NCBI GenBank assembly: GCA_009103225.1 | Contig: RHPI01001116.1 | Location: 763,267 to 827,266 of the forward strand | Source of the DNA: Chlorokybus atmophyticus | Taxonomy: Eukaryota > Plantae > Mesostigma and Chlorokybus algae | Reading direction: 5' to 3' | Length of the DNA stretch: 64,000 bases | Shown: positions 37,701 through 50,396 of the stretch, piece by piece | How the letters are laid out: each line of letters starts with the position of its first letter | Numbering within the stretch: position 1 is the stretch's first letter | The notes under the pieces: generated by a model | What the model was told of the DNA's origin: nothing | Database searches by the model: none | Seen by the model: the letters and a program-made list of their open reading frames with translations, nothing else | Translations under genes and position numbers: made by a program

Positions 37701-38655
37701 TCGCGCTCCTCTGCTTTTTCAGCTTCTTGCTCGCTGCTCATGTTGACCTGCAACCCGAGATGGCATTACAAATTGTCCTGCAGTACAAGACATTACAGCA
37801 GAAGGCAAGGCTTGCCATGAACGCTTACTTGTATGCCGCCAGCCATGGATGCCAATGCCGCCAAGGGCAACCACACAGAAGTTGCATTGAATGCAGATTG
37901 CTTGGTCACTTGTGTTGACAGCGCTTGCGCAGCAGCTAAGGTGAAAGCAGGCAGATGCGCGATTGAGAGAGACTTGGAATCTCTCCATCGATATGCCCTT
38001 TGTCCAACAACTTCGTAACCGCTGCAAACTCAATGCCGTCCTCAAAAGCCTTGGACACGTGCAGCCCTTGCAAGCTGCTTAGGATTCTCACATGACGCAA
38101 AGCCATGCGCCAGGCCGTGATCATGCATTGATGCATTGCAATAGTTAGCAATTGGTGCAGCAAGTGCAATGACAACTACACATGCGACAGAATGCATGCG
38201 CAGTAGTTGCAGATGTATACACATATAGAAGAGACGCAGTAGCTGCTGCTGCAGACATTTCACACTCCTATGCTAAACAGCTGCGCAATCGCAGACACAC
38301 GTATACGCACACATGCCACACCAGGCGCGCAAGCAACACACGTGCACACAACCGTCTGCTGACCTGTTTGAAGCCTGTGCGCGGAGATGTTGAAGCCCAC
38401 TAGTCAACCTTCAACACGCTTTGCATGACCTACACCGCAGCATCAAGGACTTGATGCACTGAAGTTGACACCGCAACACATGCCTGCAACTGTTGCCACA
38501 ATAATTGGCTTGTAGCAGCAAGTACCTGACTTGCATCCTGGCAGACAAAGCTCCTCTCTGCTGACTCTGCCACTGCGCCACCCGGTCATTTGCAAAGCAC
38601 AAGTTGGCCATCAGGGCATGCTGTAGGCTCCGAGCGGCCGCTGACCAAACGAGAC
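34773..38655 (-). mobile_element. Decayed Crypton-like (CryptonF-type) tyrosine-recombinase element: NDC10-like YR domain + GCR1_C domain, intron-containing
   Basis: LAMRYTCLSRGDAVRAAEECDL (box I Arg), NGKMNK..GNVEYFGGLRR, DMHNALAFTFFHKYH, KVHAPRK (HxxR), GRWNN, and GCR1_C-like LPTVVAVWQEYTMGINGGPAFRDLDDKFKSTWR...KQYGKRNVLYKAV. A frameshift follows GRWNNEHFNK and the 5' exons contain stops. Element ends were not defined. Confidence 0.8.
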
Positions 38656-39048
38656 ATATGCACGCATTTTTGAACAGTTTTGTCACTGACAAGCACACAA
38701 GCGCACAACGCAGTCGCTACTGCTGATAGTCACACGCCTATGCTAAACGCACACATAAGAGACACAAACATGCACACAACGATGTCGTTAACTCGGAAAC
38801 TATTGATGCTAGTGCAATCTCACATGCCACACGCGCACACACACATGCACACATGCACAAGTCAAGCAAAACGTCGGTGTGTGCGTGTGTGTGTGTAGTC
38901 AAAGACATAGTCAGATGCACTCTAGAACAGACACACGCACCTGAGACCAACACACATGCACAGACAAGCATTGTATCAATCAACGAGCTGGTGAACAGGA
39001 AAAAAATAAGGGATAAAACACAGTAAACTAACCAGTGCCGCCGCTTCA

Positions 39049-39070
39049 CCCTAACCCTAACCCTAACCCT
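39049..39070. repeat. Short interstitial telomere-like repeat (CCCTAA)x3.7
   Basis: CCCTAACCCTAACCCTAACCCT. Confidence 0.7.
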
Positions 39071-39982
39071 CTACCCACTACCGGGTACACTATCACCACG
39101 GATGGCTCTGCCGCCGCCGCTTTCTTCTCCTCCCCCGCCGCTAGCAACGCCGCGGCCGCTGCCAGCAACGCCACAGAGTAAAATTGCTGATATCAGAGCC
39201 TCAGGAGGAGCTCGATATTACTAACTTACAACTGATATCCGAGTCTCAGGAGAAGCTCGATATCAGTGACTTATGACTGATATAAATTATGGTTAGGTTA
39301 GGGACTTATTACGTCCCATACACTGACCGACCGACAGAGACGCTGAGCGTCTCGGCCACACATAGCACACTGTCTCGTGAGACGCTTTGCATTTGGAGGT
39401 ACGTATACGGACCAGGCAGTCCTGGTCCGCGGGGTACGGACCAGGTATGGTCCGCCGGGTCCGTGAAAGGACCATATATGGTTATTGAACGTCAAGCCGT
39501 GTGTCCTTGAGACTGCGTGCAGAGTTCAACCACACTTAAACTGTAGACATAAGGGGATTCGTTATGTAACAGATCGCACGTATGTAGGTGCTTTTGGATT
39601 GCGAACAACGTTCAGCACATGTGCTGCCTTGTATGCATAATGTACTTTGATTAAACTTTATCCTTGAGGGTGTTAGACATCATTGTGTGGAATACATCGC
39701 TTTTTCTCACCGTGCCTATGTGAGTCTCATTTATTGTGATATGTTGCCGTGTGGCAGTTTCGTGTGTATCATAAACTCTACTATAATTTCAACAATAACT
39801 GATACATTGACAGAGGTGCAAAGAAAAATTGTGGCACTGTAGAAGTATAGGTATAAAGTTGTTTCAACATACTGTGCAACCCACTTCATACACAAAATCA
39901 TACAACTTGGCCGCAACAGCTGCTTGCTATATCGCACACTACTTTTGGTGTGCGTTCCTTGCATGCCTACGGGACAGGAGAA

Positions 39983-40275
39983 ATGTCCGCTATGTACAAT
40001 GTATCATACAGTGTATGGGTGCATGTTCCTTTGGTGCAACGGATTCAGCCAACATTGATAAGCGACATACAACTTGAGCACATCTTGCACTGACTATGCA
40101 TGCGCGTAAGGCTTGCAACTACTAGCAACTTCGGCTATGTCCGCTATGTACAATGTACCATACAGTGTATGGGTGCATGTTCTTTTGGTGCAACGGAGTT
40201 AGCCAACATTGTTAAGCAACATACAACTTGAGTACATCTTGCAATGACTGTGCATGCGTGTAAGGCTTGCGACTA
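39983..40275. repeat. Tandem duplication, period 154 bp
   Basis: ATGTCCGCTATGTACAATGTA.CATACAGTGTATGGGTGCATGTTC...AAGGCTTGC.ACTA starts at 39983 and at 40137. Confidence 0.9.
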
Positions 40276-41890
40276 TTTTGCCACAATATTTATGACATAT
40301 GAAGGTGGAGAGTCGGAGCATTGGCTGCGGCGGTGCCGTGCTTTGCAGTCTGCGTGCACAACTGCGAAATATAAGCGCTCGCATGCACTTGGTCATTACG
40401 AGTCCCTAGCGGTGAGTGAATACTTATGTGGGCATACAAGGAGCGACGTTGCGCAGCGTTGAGTGAGCTGCTGACTCGCCCACTTTTACACTCACTGCCT
40501 TGCTCACTTACTCACTCACCACATATTTGCCTAACTCGTTTATTCAGCAAGCAACCACTTATGAACACATTCACACTTGCAATCACTTACGCATCCGCTG
40601 TTTTGATGCTGACCTACTCATAAACACTCGTGCTCACCCATACAATCACTCATGTATCAGCTCTTGCAGCGAGTCAGTCAGCAGACCAGTGCATGAGAGC
40701 GTGGGTGCAGACATGAGGCAGAAGTGTGTGATCCAACTAATTCATGAATTATGTGGCAAATGAATGAGCTGTTAAGCAAGGAGTTGAACAGGAGTCCAGC
40801 AAATGTTCAGGCACCAACGAATGTGTGTGCAAGACACAGCACATAGAGCACGCACATGTCAAGACACGTATGAGCGTGTACGCACTTATGAGCGTGGATC
40901 AATGCAAGTACACTAAACGCTGCGGGACACCCAACACAACTAGTGTAGAGACATGCGCGCGCACACACAACCGGGTTGCGGCCACAACCTATCCAAAGCA
41001 ACCCAAGTTAATAAAATAACTTGATGCTTGCTTGTCCCCTCACACGCACCTTACTCTTGGCGAGCTTAAGGATCTTTTTACTCACACCCCGCACACACTC
41101 CACCACCGAGTCCTCACACAAGACTGTGAAATCCAACCATTTTAACGGCTTCACTGTGTACACATGGGATCACGTGACTGCGTGGGCGTGCGCGATTGTG
41201 AGCATGCGTGCATATGACTCCATTGCATTGTCCTAAGATTGGATTACGCGTACAGAGTTTGTGCAAGCACCTAGCGCAACAATTTGAACAGACACGCCTG
41301 TGTATGCTTGCACTGGCCGGATGCGATGCGCCCGGCACACAACAATTCCTTGCAATTAACTCCTTGCGGTGTGCAAATACATGCCCTACTTCCGACTTGC
41401 ATTCACCAACCACTGGCTTCCTCAGCGCGGCAGGGCCGCGTTTGGCACATGTAATACTACCGCTTGCGGCAATGTGTTATATACTAGTATGAAACATTGT
41501 CACACCAAGCTACGTACTGTCATCCCTGCAGCAATACTTCAACAGCAAATGGCATCATGCATGCGGCTAGCACATGTGCAACAGCAAATGAGTTAGCTTG
41601 GCGACGTGCTGCAGTACATGTACTGCAACAGCAAATTTGAAGTATACACTACCAAGATCACCTTGTTGTTGCAAATGGCTGCAGCATTGCTGCAATGCAC
41701 AGCTGTGCATTGCAGACTGCATGTCAAGTACACACCCCTGCAGTCATAAGTGAGTGCAGTGACATTAACTACTTTTCTACTCTCTACTAACAGCAAAATC
41801 GTCACACCAAGCTATGTACTGTCATCCCTGCCTATCGTTGCACAAGCATACTCACATGCATGTCAGCAGCATGCAAACACGCCTACACAA

Positions 41891-42690
41891 CTACACTGCC
41901 GCAGCTGCCAGCACAGCGTCCGCTTTCGCTGTTGGCGCCGCCGTCTGGACCGGACCCCAGCCTGGTACTGCCGCTACGATTGCCGCCCCCCGCTCCAGGA
42001 TGGTGATGCCCTGGGCGCGCTGCAGCGCGCATGACACGCGCTGCCGGTACAGAGCCAAGTAGCCCACTAGCCTGCGCAATTACAGGTCACGTGCAGCCAG
42101 TGCCCTCCTAGCGCATGTGTCGATGACGTCGTGAAAACTCTGGCCCAGGGTGCCGTGCGTCTCGGCGGCGAGGGGATGGAAAGTGTCGGCGGCGGGGTGA
42201 TCGTTGTATTTCCGCCGCTTCGCCTGTTCCGCCGCCTTCGCTGCACCTCCCGGTTGCTCGCATGCGGTGATTGTGACATCCGAGAGCATGCGCGTATCTC
42301 GACCGGGTTTAGAGGCCACCAAGTCCACCCGCCTCCCCCTCGTCTCACCCGGCAGTATCGGCATAAAACCGCTCTGCTCCCTACTGACCGAAAACTCTGC
42401 GTCACGCATCACACCATATACCTCATCGCGCAACGCGTCATGCGTTGCCGTGCGGCACCTCCCCAAGGGGCAGCGGAGTAGGTGCGCGCCCTCGCCCGTG
42501 AGCGGCCCCCCGCATAAGCAGTGCTCGACGTTGACCAACAGTGGGTGCGGTAGTCCTAGCAGCGTCCTGAGCGCGGTCCGGAAGATGTCGGCGGAAATGC
42601 GTAGTGCCGGGAAAAATGGCAAGGCCGACAGCCATGTGCCAGCACCGACACCCGAAGCTGATTGGCGCCGCGCCCTGTCGGTGATAGTCG
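41891..42690 (-). mobile_element. 3' fragment of an RLE-type (CRE/R2-like) non-LTR retrotransposon
   Basis: GAGTWLSALP, IFRTALRTLLGLP, CCHC-like CLCGGPLTGEGAHLLRC, THDALRD, RRVDL...DVTI (PD-D-like), AEQAKRRKY, FHPLAAETHGTLG, RQRVSCALQRAQG. No RT domain is visible, consistent with 5' truncation. Confidence 0.8.
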
Positions 42691-43724
42691 CGGAGTGACA
42701 TTAACTGAACACATTTGCTGCTACTGAATGCTACTGTTTTTGGTGACCGTGGCAACATGCATGCGCAAACCCTGTTTGTAATTGTCTTCACCATAACAGC
42801 TGATGGTTTCAAACAAGTGTTGGACCCAGTTCGATAACATCACACAATCAATGCATGGCCTAGCAGTAACAGCGCATAGGTCTAGACACACGCCCATGTG
42901 GGCAGCCAAGGAGCTGGAGCTGGAGTCACCTTCCTTGCCCCGCCTGTAGGTGATTACCAACTGCATATTGACTGCTGCATGTCCAATGGGGTAGAGGCAG
43001 TAGATTAGCGTGCTAGTAGTAGCCCGGTGGTCAACTAATTGTCATTTGTACGACACCTTGCATGTGTTGCTGCGTGCTGACGGAACCACACGTTATGCAT
43101 GCGCATGCATGTCCTGCATTTGATGTACACTTGACATGCATGCAGTATGAGCTGAAATTACCTGCACATAACTTACGCATACATTGCGAACCAGCCATAG
43201 CCGGTGACATTGTTGTTGGAATGTCTAGCCTTTCTTGCTGTTTAGTACAAGTACAGTACGGTACAAGTACAATGGTGCAATATCACATGCACAATACTGC
43301 TGATCATTGATGCAAGCGGACATGCAAACTCGCATGCAAGTGAAATGGCAACAGCGGACACCGCAGAAGACACTACCACGACAGCCACAACACAGCGTTA
43401 AGGAGCTCGCGTTCAGGCCACGGTGAGAGTAAGAAGACCATCACACCATCACCATCAATACTCCCACGGACAGTGTACCAACTTCACAGCCATAAACATC
43501 CACGGAAGAGGAGTGCTAGGACGCTTGATGACCAATACAGCCTCAAAATGGTGGCTGCAAAACACAAAAGATCAATAAATAAAACACGACACATCGACAT
43601 ATCATTCCAACTACATGCTTCAAGCATACCAGTTCGTTATACTTCATGTGAACTTGCAGGCCAAAGGTCATTCCAATGCACTCCAGCATGCGCATCTGCC
43701 CCCTATCCAACTTGTCTTCAAAGA

Positions 43725-44228
43725 TGTCACGAATTGGGATGAATTGTGACAGACCTTACTCATGGTAGTGTCTTTTACTACCATAGCCTAGTGGTCGGGC
43801 CCCAATTGTTACAATGGTAACGGAGCTTGACGTCTAAGGTTCAATGCCCGTAGGGGACTGAGGCAGATCTAAGGCAAAAACAAAAACATTTGGGGCGGCT
43901 TGCCCTAGGCTGGGCGCGGGATCACGACCTGCGCGCCGAGCCAGTTCAACCTAAGGCCGCGTGAGCGGTCGCGCTGCCATGGCAGGTCGCGCGGTGAGGA
44001 TGGCCATTCGGTCAACACCGTTCATGGGCCGCATTCAACAGGCCGCGGGCAGACCAATCGTGGTACGGCCGCAAACACGGCGACGTGGGCTAGTGTCTCC
44101 TTGGATTATGAGGAACTCATGGGTTAAATTGGGGAGGAATGTCACGAATTGGGATAAATTGTGACAAACCTCACTCATGGTAGTGTCTTTTACGACCATA
44201 GCCTAGTGGTCGGGCCCCAACTGTTACA
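43725..44228 (+). mobile_element. TRIM, copy 2 (same family as 29994-30498), fused to a Gypsy LTR remnant
   Basis: LTRs at 43725-43813 and 44140-44228, with the same PBS, PPT and internal sequence as copy 1. Its own flanks (AAAGA / ATCTT) do not match. Confidence 0.92.
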
Positions 44229-45158
44229 ATCTTTCGCTCTGGCAGCTGCCCCGGCAGCGGCGGCGGCGGTGGCGTTGGCTGGCTAGTGGTGGTGTTGGGG
44301 TAGGGGATGAAAAGGGGGCGGTAGCACCCCTCCTCCTTACAGTTGGTATCGGAGCACGAGCGGCAAGGGGCCTGTGGGAGGGGCGGCGGCAGGCTGCAGG
44401 GGCGGCGGCAGGCGGCGGCAGGCGGCAGCGACGTTAAACTAGGGGTAGCTAAAGTGTTTTATGTTTTAACTATAATACTTAAACGCTGCTGCTGGTGCCT
44501 AGCCTAGCCTAGCCTAGCCTAGCTTGCCATGCCATGCATGCCATGCCTAGCCTAGCATGCCTGTCATAGTCTAGTTTGTTATTGTGTGAAGGGAGCCGGC
44601 CATTCATGCATATCCTGAAGCATTGCATTGCAGCACAACACATAGTAAACATACATTGATTGTATTATATTGTGTGTGTACCACCACGTGGATTCGTGGT
44701 GGTGTAAGGGTTTTTCTATTAATTTGGAAATTCCCTTGGGGGGGGGGCAGTTCGGTGGCAACATCGACTGTCTCAGTGCCGCCATTTTGTGCGGTGAGGC
44801 CGCCAGAATTTTTTGAGCGGCCGATATCAAACTCACCATTCACAACTGGTCGATATCGGCCTGTAAGGTCGATTTCACGAGATTTTGGCACCCTGTGTGT
44901 CAATCACAGTTGTGAATTGTGCTGGGTTGTACAAAGTGAAAACTTTGAGAAATCATAAATCGTGAACCGTCACGTGGATTCGCGCACGGTTTGTTGCAAA
45001 GTGAGTGTCTAGTTGAGAGGTGTGTGGAGAGCTCTTTTGGGGCTGTATACTCCACCGTAACGCCTCAAAACTTGACGAGACAAAATCATTAGATTTTGCA
45101 TGTATTGCAGTGCACAATCTGAGTACTTGTGCACTTGCTAACGGCTGTCTTTGGGCAG

Positions 45159-46622
45159 ATGTCTGACCAAGGAGAGGGAGGTGAGAAGTACTTTACCGTC
45201 CCTACCTCATCGTCATCATACGAACCATCAAGTGATGACAAAGTGAGAGACTCGGACACGAGTGAGAGCTACAAGCTCACTGAGAGTGACAAGGAGGAAG
45301 CTGCGCAGGATAGCGAAGCTTCTCCCGATCAATCTACTCAGAGTGGGCCAGCTACAATGGACACACAGCCTGTCATTGGTGGGGCTACTGAGAAGTATGC
45401 GCGAGAGCGCAAAGCCTTGATCGATGCTCACCCACAGCTTCGTCAGGAAGTGTGGGATGCATGGGCACTAAAGGTTCGTGATGGCTATGCAACAGATTTT
45501 GCCACTCTCCCTCGCGCAAGCAAGAAGATGGTGATCCGCATGATTGAGCACGAGTTGACGAACAATGTTCCGCCACTCGTGCGCGGTGATCCGAAGGTGG
45601 CTGCTCTGATGGCTGTTTACGATAGGCCGCTCCCATACGAAGGGAAGCGGATGGCGTTTGAGGCCTTGGCCAATTTTATGGTTGAAACGCAGCAGCGCTG
45701 CAAGGATGTGTTCTGGTTTTTGGGACCTGACTTGGAGAACAAGTTGGTTGCTCCAGTAAAATTGGAGGCACGCCTCGACTCGATGCAGGCGGAGTTGGTG
45801 GCGTTGCGCCAACAGGCGGCGGGTGCTACGTCATCGGTTGGTGCATCAGTGGGGCTGCCAGTTACGGCATTAAATAAACTGGAGAAGTTCAAGCCTAACG
45901 GCAGTGTGAACATCCACGACTGGGTAGTGACTGTTGAACATTATCTGACAGCACTAAAGCGCCCGGTGAGTGAGCACGTTGCGGTTGCTGAGTTGCTGAT
46001 GCCATCTGATGCTCTCGCCGAGTGGGCGAGACAGACAGAGAACGGTGCTGCCAAGACAGTCGAAGCACTGTTCCAGTTTCTGACGGAACGTTATGGTGGC
46101 ATGGATCCGGCTACTCAAGCTCGCAACAAGCTCATGAAGTTGCGACAGAATGGTCGGGCAGCTTCAGCCTATCTGCAGGAGTTTCAAGCGTTGGTGGGTC
46201 GTGCTAACAGCGGCCTCATGCCCATGGACAAGGCCGAGCAGTTTGAGTTGTACAAGCGCGGCTTGGATGCGCGTGTGCGCGATATGCTGCAATACAACAC
46301 TGTGACGGGGCTTCCTTGGGTTCCTAACAACTTGGCACAACTACAGAAGTTGAGCGTGTATCTGTTTAGTGATGACGCAACAGTGCAGGACAAGTCACAA
46401 GTGACAGAAACTGCCAAGTCGCAGGGGGTTGGAGGAAAGCGTTACTCTCAGCCAAGTGCGCATGTGGCGAAGAAAACAAAGATGTTCGCGCCTCGTACTG
46501 GTGCTACGTCTATTGGTGGTGCAGCTACTGCGGCTCGCACCTGTTTCATCTGTCATCGACCTGGCCATATCGCAAAGAACTGCCCGACCAAGGGGAAGGG
46601 CAAGGCCAAGAAGGTTGAATAG
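45159..46622 (+). CDS. gag: Retrotransposon Gag with CCHC zinc knuckle
   Basis: Intact ORF with capsid-like LEKFKPNGSVNIHDWVVTVEHYL, ARNKLMKLRQNGRAASAYLQEFQAL, and knuckle CFICHRPGHIAKNC. Confidence 0.88.
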   Translation: MSDQGEGGEKYFTVPTSSSSYEPSSDDKVRDSDTSESYKLTESDKEEAAQDSEASPDQSTQSGPATMDTQPVIGGATEKYARERKALIDAHPQLRQEVWDAWALKVRDGYATDFATLPRASKKMVIRMIEHELTNNVPPLVRGDPKVAALMAVYDRPLPYEGKRMAFEALANFMVETQQRCKDVFWFLGPDLENKLVAPVKLEARLDSMQAELVALRQQAAGATSSVGASVGLPVTALNKLEKFKPNGSVNIHDWVVTVEHYLTALKRPVSEHVAVAELLMPSDALAEWARQTENGAAKTVEALFQFLTERYGGMDPATQARNKLMKLRQNGRAASAYLQEFQALVGRANSGLMPMDKAEQFELYKRGLDARVRDMLQYNTVTGLPWVPNNLAQLQKLSVYLFSDDATVQDKSQVTETAKSQGVGGKRYSQPSAHVAKKTKMFAPRTGATSIGGAATAARTCFICHRPGHIAKNCPTKGKGKAKKVE

Positions 46623-46933
46623 GATTACGCCATGACTGATGTAGATGTGGTTGATAACCAGTTGCTTGTACTAGTAGCAAACTGGTTTGCTGAGCTGTCT
46701 CAGGTGCATGTAATGACACATGCATGGCAAGCACATAGCGAATTGCCGCTTTTTGATATTGAAAAAGTGGAAGAGAATGCTTGTGTGTTGGTACATGTTG
46801 AGTTTAACATGCTTACTGAAGTGCACACTTTAACTAAGCTGCAAAGTAAGCACAGAACCTTGAGTGTTGTGGTAATGGTGCCTATGAGTATAAGTATCAT
46901 GGCCTATGGTTAAAACACACTCGAGGGGGGACT

Positions 46934-49900
46934 GTGTTGAAGCAATTTAGCAAGCGTGAAACAGGGACAGTGCGATTGTCAGCAATATTGATCAACTCTT
47001 GCGTTAGTCACGGACTCTTGGCTACGTTTCAAGGACGGGTAGTACCTCGATTGTGGACATTTAAGGGTACAATGCAGGGGATTACTAGTTCGTTCTTGAT
47101 TGACACTGGTGCGACACACAACTTTGTTGAGGAACAATGGGTTGTTCGCAATAAATTATCGTGTAAACCCTCAGCATTTTCAGCTGCCGGCGCAGGGGGT
47201 GCGTTGCTAGTAAAAAGAGAAATAAAAATGAAGGTAAAGATTGGTAATTATCATGCCAACCTCACCTTCATAGTGGTGTCCATTAACATAACTGGTGTTG
47301 ATGTGGTGCTAGGACAGGAATGGCAGGATAATGTCAAAATGACATTGGATACTGGTGCACGATTGTGCACAGTGAAAAAGGGTCGTAAGCGTGTAACGCT
47401 GTCTGTGAGAGGGTCACATAGCTTGGAACAAGTGCAAGTTGATCCTGCGCTCCTGACTGCACTCCAAGTGAAGCGTGCTTTGCGTAAAAACAGACCAGCT
47501 TTCTTGGTGCACTTAACATCATCCGATGACTTTGTGCAAGGCAGCACGGAAGGTGTTGCAGACATCATTGAGAAGTATCAGGAGATATTCTCAGATGAGT
47601 TACCAGGCTTACCTCCTGATCGAGGTGTCGGGCACACAATACCTTTGATTCCTGATAGTGAGCCTCCATTTCGTCCTATATATAGGTTGAGCCCTCGTGA
47701 AAAGGGGGAAATGGAAACACAGACAAAGGAGTTACTGGAAAAGGGATTGATTGAACCAAGTTCTTCACCCTTTAGCGCACCCATCTTGTTTGTTATGAAA
47801 AAGAATGGGAAGTTACGCATGTGTGTAGATTATCGTGCTCTAAACAAAATCACGGTAAAGAATTGATACCCGTTGCCAAAGATTGATGATATGTTTGACA
47901 AGTTGTCGGGGAATGCGTACTTTAGTACGTTGGACTTGACAAGTGGATATCATTAAATCCGGATTCATCCTTCAAATGTCTATAAGACTGCAGTTAGAAA
48001 ACCAACGGGTCATTATCAATACAAAGTGTTACCTTTTGGATTGACTAATGCACCCGCCGTGTTTCAGAAGGAAATGAACGAAATATTTGATGATATGCTT
48101 GGCAAGCATGTCATGATTTACTTGGATGACATTATTGTCTTCAGTAAAATAAAGGATGAGCATAGGCAACACTTGGAAGCGGTGTTTGTAAGGTTGCGCA
48201 AACACCGTCTGTTTGCAATTCTCACAAAGTGTGATTTTTGCAAAATAGAGTTGCCTTTCCTTGGCCACATTGTGAGTGGTGCAGGCATCAAGCCTGACCC
48301 TCGCAAAGTGCAAATTGTGAAAGAATGGCCACAACCTAAAAATGTCCATCAACTAAGGTCGTTTCTAGGGTTGGCAAACTACTTTCGCAAGGTCATGATG
48401 GGGTACTCTACAGTTGTCATGCCTATGACCAAACTGTTGCGTAAAGATTCCCCGTTCACGTGGACGACAACACAAGAAGCTGCTATGCAACAAGTGAAGT
48501 TGGCTTTGACATCAGCACCGGTGTTAGCATTGCCAAATTGGGAAAAACACTTCACAGTGGTCAGTGACGCATCAACACTTGGGTGTGGTGCGGTACTATT
48601 GCAAGATGGCAGACCTTGTGCGTACGAGAGTAGGAAGTTCATTCCTGCAGAGGTGAACTATACTACGTCTGAGCAAGAACTATTGGGTATAGTTCATGCT
48701 CTTGAGACATGGAGATGTTACTTGGAGGGTGTTCAGTTCACTATTGTGACTGAAGGCACAACCCGTTGGTGTATTTCTCAACATAACAAAACTTGTCGAG
48801 ACGACAAGCGCGCTGGAATGAGTTTTTGTCCAGGTTTACCTTTGATTGGGTGTATCGGCCGGGCAGAACCAATGTGGCGGACCCTTTAAGTCGTTGCCCG
48901 TCATTATTGGCGGTGATGCGTGCGCAAATACTCGCAACACGCAGCACATTGTCTCCTGATGATAAGTTTGTGCAAGCTGTTGTACAGGGGTACACTTCGG
49001 ACCCATGGTTTTCGGTTGCAAAAAACTTACAAAAGCTTGACAAGCGGGACAATTTGTATTACATGAACAGCAGTTTGGCAATACCAAACCATGCTGATTT
49101 GCGCATGAAATGCATAACGGATGTTCACGATCCACCGTATGCTGGGCACTTTGGGGGTCGCAAGACTACCAAGGCAGCGCAACAGTTGTACTGGTGGCCA
49201 TCGTTGCCTGTTGACGTGAAGCGCTATGTTGACACGTGTGATAAATGTCAGCGTGACAAACCTTTACGTCAAAAACCCTTTGGGTTGCTGCGACCTTTGC
49301 CTGTTCCTGATGGCAAGTGGGAAAGTGTGAGTATGGATTCAATCACTGAGCTCTCTGAGACAGTGTTAGGACACACTGCGGTTGCAGTTTTTGTGGACCG
49401 TTTGACAAAAATGGTTCACATTGTCCCTTGTCGCACGCAATATGCTCCCGTGAATTAGCGATGGTTTTTGTCGCCTCTGTATTTAAGTTGCATAGCTTGC
49501 CTCGCAACTTTGTGTCTGATCGCGATCCGCGATTTGTGGCTCAATTCTGGAAGTCGCTATGCAGCTTCTTACATATTTAGCAGAATATGAGCACAGCTTA
49601 TCATCCACAAACGGATGGTCAAACAGAGCGCGTCAATCAAGTGATTAAAGAAAGCATTCGGCATTATGTGAGTCCGAACCAGTCTGATTGGGATATCTAT
49701 CTTCCAATGGCTGAGTTTGCGATTAACAATGCATGGCAAGAGAATGTGCAGGAAACTCCATTTCTCTTGAATTATGGAGTGCATCCAATGAGTCCTGCGA
49801 GTATTAAGTTGCCCGCTACCGACATAACTCGCGTACCTGCAGCACGCGAGATGGCTTCGGCCATGCAGGATATGTTAGCGTTGGCAAAGGCATGTCTGCG

Positions 49901-50396
49901 CGCAGCGCAAGACAGACAAAAAGCCCATGCTGATGCACATCGCAGAGAGGCCAACTACGATGTGGGCTGTTCAGTGCTTTTGCGCACTAAAAACATATCC
50001 ATCAAGGGAGTGGGTACCCGCAAGTTTTTCCCTCGCTGGATAGGCCCTTTCAAAGTGACTGATCGGGTCGGCACTCACGCGTATCGGTTGGACTTGCCAA
50101 AATCGATACGCATTCACAATGTGTTTCATGTGAGTGTACTGAAACCGTATCGTTCCGACGGTCGGGTTCAACCTCCTCCACCCCCGGTCGCAGTGGATGG
50201 CGACGATACTTTCGAGTATGAGGTGGAAGCAATCCTAAGTCACCGTAAGCCTCGACGCGGACGCGCGCTGTCTTACTTGGTGAAATGGAAAGGGTATGGT
50301 GTTAAACACAATACATGGGAGCCCGAAAGGAATCTTACCAACTGCCAAGAGATTCTTCGGGGGTACTGGAGTACTGTGTCCGCACGCGGACGGTAA
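46934..50396 (+). pseudogene. pol: Gypsy pol (protease, RT, RNase H, integrase, chromodomain), disrupted
   Basis: [57 protein letters not shown]...CDKC, WESVSMDSI, YHPQTDGQTERVN, YEVEAILSHR...YLVKWKGY...NTWEP. Premature stops at ~47864 and ~47952, and frameshifts near 48770 and 49455. Confidence 0.93.
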
